Shown here piece after piece: positions 58,590 to 64,000 of a DNA stretch of 64,000 nucleotides; the first letter of the stretch is position 1; each line of letters opens with the position of its first letter. The DNA is taken from the NCBI GenBank assembly GCA_963700145.1, contig OY969474.1, positions 3,232,001 to 3,296,000 on the forward strand, written 5' to 3'. The notes beneath the pieces are model-generated. The model did not search any database. It was not told the DNA's origin and worked only from the letters and a program-made list of their open reading frames with translations. Position numbers and translations under genes: made by a program. The DNA is from an uncultured Acidobacteriota bacterium (GTDB taxonomy: Bacteria; Acidobacteriota; Thermoanaerobaculia; Multivoradales; UBA5704).

Positions 58590-60293
58590 ATGCGACCTTC
58601 CCGGGACCTCTGGGCCACCGCGCTACCAATCGGTGGTGCCGTCGTTGCGTTGCTCGTGGCTTTGCCCTGGACTCCAGCGCCCTCTCCGCTCTGGGCGGTC
58701 TTAGGTCTCTTCTTCGCCGCCACCGCCGGCGCCTGTCATCGTCCGTTCGGCGCCGCCTCCCTCGGACTCGGGGCCGCCGCTGTCCCTCCCGCCCTCGTCC
58801 TTGCCGGTCCCCTCCCCGCCGCCGTCCTCGCCGCCCTCGCCGTCGTCGCCGCCGATCTGCTGCTACGCCTTGCCCGCGCCCGCGGCCTCGCCACCCTGCC
58901 CGAGCGCCGCGGCCTCCTGCGCGCGCTCGAGGCCGCCGGCCGCGCCCTTCTCGCGGTCCTCGGCGGCGGCCTCCTCTGGCTCCTCCTGCCGCGCTTCGCG
59001 CCGGCCGTCGGCCTCCCCGCCCGCACCGCCGCCGCTGCCGCGGCCACCCTCCTCCTCTGGGCCTGCCTCGACGCCCTCGAGCGCCGCCTGCGCCGCCCCG
59101 GCGAGCGGCTCGACCCGCGCGGCATCCTCGCGCCGCTCGCCGCCGACCTCGCCGGCTGGGCCGCCGGCGGGGCGATCGCGGTCGCCGCCGCGCGCGCCGG
59201 CTGGGAAGTGGCCGGCCCGCTCCTCGCTCTCTGGTCGCTGCTCGCCCTCGAAGCCGCGCGCAACGGCCAGCGCGCCGACCGCTCCGGGCGCCGCGCCACG
59301 GACCTCGAGCGGCTGCGCCACGCCGGCGACCGCATGATCGCGAGCCCCGAGGACATGGCCGCGGTCGCCGAGCGCATCCACGCCGAGTGCCTGACCGTCC
59401 TGCCCTTCCACTGGTTCCAGTTCGAGGCGCTGGCGCCGGGGGACGTCTTCGCGAGCTGGTGGGCCGGCCCGGAGATGCGCGTAGCGCCGGGCGAGCCGCG
59501 CCCCGACCGCCACCCGCGGGCGCTCCCCGGCGTTCACCGCCGCACGCCCTGGCAGGTGGTCGAGCGCACGCTGCGCGACGAGCGCCGGATCGTCGCCCGC
59601 CTCCGTCTCTGGTGCGACCCGCGGCAGCTCGACCCGGAGGCCCTGGCGCACCTCGACCGTCTGCTGCCGCAGATGACCGCCTCCGTCCGCCACAGCCTCC
59701 TCGACCGCGAGGCGCGCCACGATCCGCTGACCGGGCTCGCCACGCGGCGCGTCCTCGAGCAGCGGCTGGAGGCGGCGCACGCCCGCTGCTGCGAGGAGGG
59801 GGGGTCGATGGCGGTCGTCCTCTGCGACCTCGACCACTTCAAGCGCATCAACGACACGCACGGCCACCCGGCCGGCGACGCGGCGCTCGTGGCGGTGGCC
59901 GGGGCGCTCGAGGCCGAGCGGCGCGAAGGGGACCTCTGCTGCCGCTATGGCGGCGAGGAGTTCGTGCTGCTGCTCGACGGCGCGGCGGGGGAGACGGCGC
60001 TGGCGGTGGCGGAGCGGCTGCGGCAGCGGGTGGCGGCGCTCGGCTGGACCTTCGAGGGCAAGCCCATCCCGCTCACCCTGAGCGCCGGCGCGGCCGCCTT
60101 CCCGCAGCTCTGGGCGCGCGCCGCCGGCGAGCTGATCCTCTTCGCCGACGAGGCGCTCTACGAATGCAAGCGGAGCGGCCGCGACCGCTGCCTCCTCGAT
60201 CTCGGCCAGGGCCGCTACCAGGCCCCCGACGGCGCCCTGCACCTCGCCGAGGACGCGCCGCCCGCCCAGGCGCCGCCGCGGATCTTCGCTTGA
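58590..60293 (+). CDS. Membrane-bound diguanylate cyclase
   Basis: TM region, HDPLTGL, DLDHFK.IND..GH..GD, REGD I-site, RYGGEEF. Confidence 0.92.
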   Translation: MRPSRDLWATALPIGGAVVALLVALPWTPAPSPLWAVLGLFFAATAGACHRPFGAASLGLGAAAVPPALVLAGPLPAAVLAALAVVAADLLLRLARARGLATLPERRGLLRALEAAGRALLAVLGGGLLWLLLPRFAPAVGLPARTAAAAAATLLLWACLDALERRLRRPGERLDPRGILAPLAADLAGWAAGGAIAVAAARAGWEVAGPLLALWSLLALEAARNGQRADRSGRRATDLERLRHAGDRMIASPEDMAAVAERIHAECLTVLPFHWFQFEALAPGDVFASWWAGPEMRVAPGEPRPDRHPRALPGVHRRTPWQVVERTLRDERRIVARLRLWCDPRQLDPEALAHLDRLLPQMTASVRHSLLDREARHDPLTGLATRRVLEQRLEAAHARCCEEGGSMAVVLCDLDHFKRINDTHGHPAGDAALVAVAGALEAERREGDLCCRYGGEEFVLLLDGAAGETALAVAERLRQRVAALGWTFEGKPIPLTLSAGAAAFPQLWARAAGELILFADEALYECKRSGRDRCLLDLGQGRYQAPDGALHLAEDAPPAQAPPRIFA

Positions 60294-60305
60294 CCGCGCT
60301 TCGCG

Positions 60306-60335
60306 TTGACGCCCGCCCCGCACGGCTGTGATAAT
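60306..60335 (+). promoter_or_regulatory. Sigma70 promoter of the TonB-dependent receptor
   Basis: TTGACG-18 nt-GATAAT, then GGAGG RBS and ATG 60384. Confidence 0.65.
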
Positions 60336-60383
60336 CGCGGCCTTATCAGGCCCCGTCATCTTCGCTTCCCCTTGGGAGGACTT

Positions 60384-62837
60384 ATGGATCGCAAGCGCGT
60401 TCTGCTGCTCAGCGCCGTCCTGCTCCTGGCCGCCGGCTTCGCGGTAGCCCAGGACACCGGGCGCATCGAAGGCCGCGTCACCCGCAACGACGGCACCCCG
60501 CTGGGCGGCGTCCTGGTGCGCATCGACACGAGCGACCAGGTCGAGCTGACCGGCCCCGACGGGCGGTTCGCCTTCAACGCCGTCCCCGCCGGCACCTACA
60601 CCCTCAACTTCGAGCTGCTGGACCGCACCGACAGCCAAGCGGGCGTCGAGGTCACGGCGGGCGGGACCGCCGAGGTCGACAAGACCGTCGACTGGGACAT
60701 CTCCTTCGCCGAGACGATCACCGTCACCTCGGCCTCCCGCCGCGCCGAGCGGATCACCGAGGCGCCGGCCGCGGTGACCGTCGTCACCGAGCAGGAGATC
60801 GAGCGCGAGGCCGCCCACGGGCAGCTGCCGAAGCTGCTCGAGTTCACCCCCGGGGCGGAGGTGACGCAGAGTGGCGTCTACGACTTCAACTTCAACACCC
60901 GCGGCCTCAACAGCTCGCTCAACCGCCGCGTCGTCACCCTGATCGACGGCCGCGACCCGTCGGTGCCCTTCCTCGGCGCCCAGGAGTGGGCGGCGATCTC
61001 CTTCCCGCTCGACGACCTGGCGAGCGCCGAGCTGGTGCGCGGGCCGAGCTCCGCGCTCTACGGCGCCAACGCCTACAACGGCGTGCTCAACCTGACGACC
61101 AAGCAGCCGCGCTACAGCCAGGGCGGCGAGGTGCGGCTGACCGCCGGCGAGCTGTCGACGACCAACGCCGACTTCCGCTGGGCGACGGCGCTGGGCGGCG
61201 ACTTCTACTTGAAGCTCCTCGGCGGCTACCACGCCAGCGGGGACTACTCGGTCTCGCGCAACGTCCGTCCCGAGTACGCGGTCTTCTGCACCGCCTCCGG
61301 GCAGGAGGACTGCCTGCCGCGCGAGCGCATCCCCCTGGTCATCCAGGACGATGACGAGATCAAGTTCGCCGGCATCCGCCTCGACAAGTACCTCGACAGC
61401 GGCAGCTTCTTCACCCTCGAAGGCGGCCAGGCCGACCTCGAGGGCCCGGTGTTCCAGACCGGCATCGGACGGGTGCAGCTCACCGACGTCACCCGCCCCT
61501 GGGCGCGCTTCAACTTCACCTCCACCCACTGGAACCTGCTCGGTACCTGGAACCGGCGCGACGCCAACGACCAGCGCGCGCTGGCCTCGGGCGCCCCGCT
61601 CTACCTCGACGACAAGAACTGGGGGGTCGAGCTGCAGGGCAACAGCGAGTTCCTGGGCGGCCGGGCGCGCGCCGTCGGCGGCCTCTCCTACGGCGAGGAG
61701 ACGATCGACAGCGCCAACCCCCAGGGCCGGCAGACCCTGGTCTTCCGCCCGATCGAGGCCGACATGTCGGCCGCGTACGCGCAGGTCGACTTCGACCTGA
61801 CCGACGCCCTCAAGCTGGTCCTGGCCGGCCGCTACGACGAGAGCACGCTCCACGACTCGCAGTTCTCGCCCAAGGCGTCGCTGGTCTGGGGCCTCAACCC
61901 CAACCACACCCTGCGCTTCACCTACAACGAGGCCTTCCAGGTCGCCAACTACTCGGAGTTCTTCCTCCAGGCGCAGACGACGATCCCGGGGACGACGACC
62001 GCCGCGCTCAACCTGTCGCCGATCGAGGCGGCGCTGCGCCGGGCTATCCCGACGCTGCCACAACTCGGCTTCGGCAACATCCCGGTCATGGCGCTCGGCA
62101 ACGAGGACCTCGAGGTCGAGGAGATCAAGAGCTGGGAGGTGGGCTACAGCGCCATCCTGGGCCGTCGCTCCTACCTGACGATCGACTACTACAACAGCAA
62201 GCTCAACAACTTCATCACCGACCTGCTGCCGAACCTCGGCTCGCTCGGGCGCCTGAACACCAACTTCGGGCCCTACGCGCCGCCGTCGTCGCTGCCGCTC
62301 CCGGTGCAGACGGCGATCATCAACGCCCTGCGCGCCAACCTGCCGCCGACGCTCTTCCCCTTCCTGTCGAACAACCTCGACGGGGCGCCGATCGTCGCCC
62401 TCGCCTCCTACACCAACTTCGGCGAGGTCAACACCCAGGGCATCGACTTCGCGCTCAACACGACGCTCCGCCCGAACTGGGTGCTCGACGTCGGCTACTC
62501 CTGGTTCGACTTCGAGGTCGAGCGCGACATCCCGGGCGACCCGCTGCAGGCCAACGCGCCGGAGAACCAGTTCAAGACCGGTCTCTCCTACCTCGGCCAG
62601 GCGCTGGACGCATCGGTCAAGTTCCGCTGGGTCGACGAGTTCGAGTGGTTCGTGGGTCCCTTCCGCGGCACCGTGGAGTCGTACGAGGTGGTGGACATCT
62701 CGGCGAACTACCACATCAACGACCACGTCGCGGTGGGGGCACAGGTCGCCAACCTCTTCGACAACGTGCACAACGAGGCCTGGGGCGGCGACCTCCTGGA
62801 GCGCCGCGCCCTCGGGCACGTCTCGTTCAGCTGGTAG
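60384..62837 (+). CDS. TonB-dependent receptor with N-terminal carboxypeptidase-regulatory-like domain
   Basis: Signal peptide; ETITVTS TonB box; plug motif ELVRGPSSALYGANA..GVLN; NLFD; C-terminal FSW. Confidence 0.93.
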   Translation: MDRKRVLLLSAVLLLAAGFAVAQDTGRIEGRVTRNDGTPLGGVLVRIDTSDQVELTGPDGRFAFNAVPAGTYTLNFELLDRTDSQAGVEVTAGGTAEVDKTVDWDISFAETITVTSASRRAERITEAPAAVTVVTEQEIEREAAHGQLPKLLEFTPGAEVTQSGVYDFNFNTRGLNSSLNRRVVTLIDGRDPSVPFLGAQEWAAISFPLDDLASAELVRGPSSALYGANAYNGVLNLTTKQPRYSQGGEVRLTAGELSTTNADFRWATALGGDFYLKLLGGYHASGDYSVSRNVRPEYAVFCTASGQEDCLPRERIPLVIQDDDEIKFAGIRLDKYLDSGSFFTLEGGQADLEGPVFQTGIGRVQLTDVTRPWARFNFTSTHWNLLGTWNRRDANDQRALASGAPLYLDDKNWGVELQGNSEFLGGRARAVGGLSYGEETIDSANPQGRQTLVFRPIEADMSAAYAQVDFDLTDALKLVLAGRYDESTLHDSQFSPKASLVWGLNPNHTLRFTYNEAFQVANYSEFFLQAQTTIPGTTTAALNLSPIEAALRRAIPTLPQLGFGNIPVMALGNEDLEVEEIKSWEVGYSAILGRRSYLTIDYYNSKLNNFITDLLPNLGSLGRLNTNFGPYAPPSSLPLPVQTAIINALRANLPPTLFPFLSNNLDGAPIVALASYTNFGEVNTQGIDFALNTTLRPNWVLDVGYSWFDFEVERDIPGDPLQANAPENQFKTGLSYLGQALDASVKFRWVDEFEWFVGPFRGTVESYEVVDISANYHINDHVAVGAQVANLFDNVHNEAWGGDLLERRALGHVSFSW

Positions 62838-62869
62838 ACGGCCAGGGGCGGAGGAGAGGGATCCTTTGA

Positions 62870-62905
62870 GGGGCGGCGGGAGAGGAATCCCGCCGCCCCG
62901 TCTTT
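62870..62905 (+). terminator. Intrinsic terminator-like hairpin
   Basis: GGGGCGGCGGGA-loop-TCCCGCCGCCCC followed by GTCTTT. Confidence 0.65.
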
Positions 62906-63036
62906 CAGTGAGGCGGTTGGTTATTACCCGACAGTGAGCGGTGATCGCCCTTGTCCCAGCCGGGCTCCCGCCACCGGGTGCCGGCCAGTCCGAACGACAG
63001 CCCCATTCTTCAAGCGGCTTTGGCGGCAGGCGCAGA

Positions 63037-63261
63037 TCAGAGAAGCTCTTTGAGCTGTTCGGCCGTCAAGCCAGCAGCATCGAGGATGGCCGCCAGCATG
63101 CCGGTGTCGAGGCTGGAATGTGCGGGAACGACGACCTGGGCGAAAGGCTCGTCACGACGAAGCACCATGTGACTGCCCTTCTGTCGCTTCAAGTAAAAGC
63201 CGGCCCGCTCGAGCGCGCGACGCACCTGCTGCCCCGAGAGACCCCGGGGAAGCTTGCTCAA
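63037..63261 (-). CDS. hicA: HicA-family mRNA interferase toxin
   Basis: TTG start; LSG..V.RAL...GF...RQKGSH...VVVPAH...G.L..IL. Confidence 0.9.
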   Translation of the reverse strand: MSKLPRGLSGQQVRRALERAGFYLKRQKGSHMVLRRDEPFAQVVVPAHSSLDTGMLAAILDAAGLTAEQLKELL

Positions 63262-63506
63262 CGCGCCGAGACCTCGATCTCGACCGTCTCGCGTCCCTCC
63301 TCGACGGGGACCGGAAGGCCGTCTTCGAGCAGCGCTTCGATATAGACCTCGACCGCCTCGCGGATGTTCCCGAGCGCCTCTTGCCTGCTGTTGCCTTGGC
63401 TTACACAACCTGGCAGGGCAGGGCAGATGGCGACGAACCCGCCCTCTCGGCCTTCCTCCAGAATCACGGTATAGCGCAAGTTTTCGCTCCTTGCTCGCTC
63501 CGTCAT
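63258..63506 (-). CDS. hicB: HicB-family antitoxin (short, no DNA-binding domain)
   Basis: YTVILE....GGF...CPALPGCVSQG....EAL.NIREA. Confidence 0.9.
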   Translation of the reverse strand: MTERARSENLRYTVILEEGREGGFVAICPALPGCVSQGNSRQEALGNIREAVEVYIEALLEDGLPVPVEEGRETVEIEVSAR

Positions 63507-63730
63507 CGAAGGCGATCCTCTCCTTCCAGCGCGCCCGCCCAGTCTCCGAGGCCCTGCTTCGCCAGCGCGAGGTCCTCTCCCTCCCCGGTCGTCGCGAGGC
63601 GCTGAAGGTCCCACCGGCTCGGGTCCGGGCGCCGGACGACGATCAGCCCGACCCGCTCGCCGGGCCGAAGCGCAAGGGGCTCCGTCGGCTTGAGTAGACC
63701 CTCCTCATACCTGGCTTCCACGAGTCGCAT
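63503..63730 (-). CDS. DUF104/AF2212-like antitoxin
   Basis: VEARYEEGLLKPTEPLAL.PGERV. Confidence 0.82.
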   Translation of the reverse strand: MRLVEARYEEGLLKPTEPLALRPGERVGLIVVRRPDPSRWDLQRLATTGEGEDLALAKQGLGDWAGALEGEDRLR

Positions 63731-63783
63731 GACGCGATGCTAGCATCACGTTCCGCGCCTTTTCGCTCCCCAAACCGACCAGT

Positions 63784-63933
63784 CCCGAGCCCGACGAGCG
63801 GCGCGAGCGCATCTGCTGCCGCAGCCGCGGCTACCGCAATCTGGTCCCGGACTTCGGCATCTCCGGCCACTGGCTCCAGCGCGCCGGCTTCGACCGCGGG
63901 CAGCACTACGAGATCGAGGTGCGGGCGGGGTAG
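63784..63933 (+). pseudogene. SymE-family type I toxin remnant
   Basis: Manual translation ...VPDFGISGHWLQRAGFDRGQHYEIEVRAG*; G.WL..AGF..G motif. No in-frame start; ends early. Confidence 0.6.
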
Positions 63934-64000
63934 AAATCGCTCCTCGGCGCGTCCGGCGGCATCTCACCGTGATGAGGCCGCGCGTTGTACCGTATTCTAA

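Noticed and set aside
58863..62819. 1318-aa minus-strand ORF and many other long overlapping ORFs (e.g. 35883-38489, 32994-34817, 19382-21730)
   Set aside because: Shadow frames of real genes in very GC-rich DNA; Arg/Gly/Ala/Pro-rich with no motifs.

Overview
Very GC-rich bacterial chromosomal window, probably Acidobacteriota (Thermoanaerobaculia-like); this is an inference from the PadR + duplicated-orphan-permease pair and a lineage-typical repeated C-terminal domain. The housekeeping backbone carries amidase-GerMN-murI-rph, wzm/wzt, tkt, tRNA-Ser-gabD-like-gltX-tRNA-Gln, mglBA-yvcK-glmS, an sxtJ/I/K/SGNH-like carbamoylation module, two c-di-GMP enzymes, an FHA-GAF cyclase and a TonB-dependent receptor. 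It is interrupted by small accessory inserts: (i) the edge of an island at the tRNA-Glu 3' end with an IS91/ISCR remnant and a low-GC carbamoyltransferase; (ii) a low-GC DUF4062-NTPase-TPR (NLR/STAND-like) gene; (iii) an islet after tRNA-Gln with MNT-HEPN and a three-gene ABC-3C/Lamassu-like nuclease system; (iv) a low-GC standalone HEPN gene; (v) about eight toxin-antitoxin modules or relics. Three patterns are not explained by the gene calls. Two low-GC defence-like genes each sit between an intact host gene and a decayed copy of that same gene, with no integrase. Two unrelated 21-nt-period palindromic arrays lie next to broken TA modules. A 750-bp intergenic region (57.84-58.59 kb) holds two long rod-like structures whose G-U pairing favours minus-strand RNAs. 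All family calls are by eye from motifs; no database searches were run.
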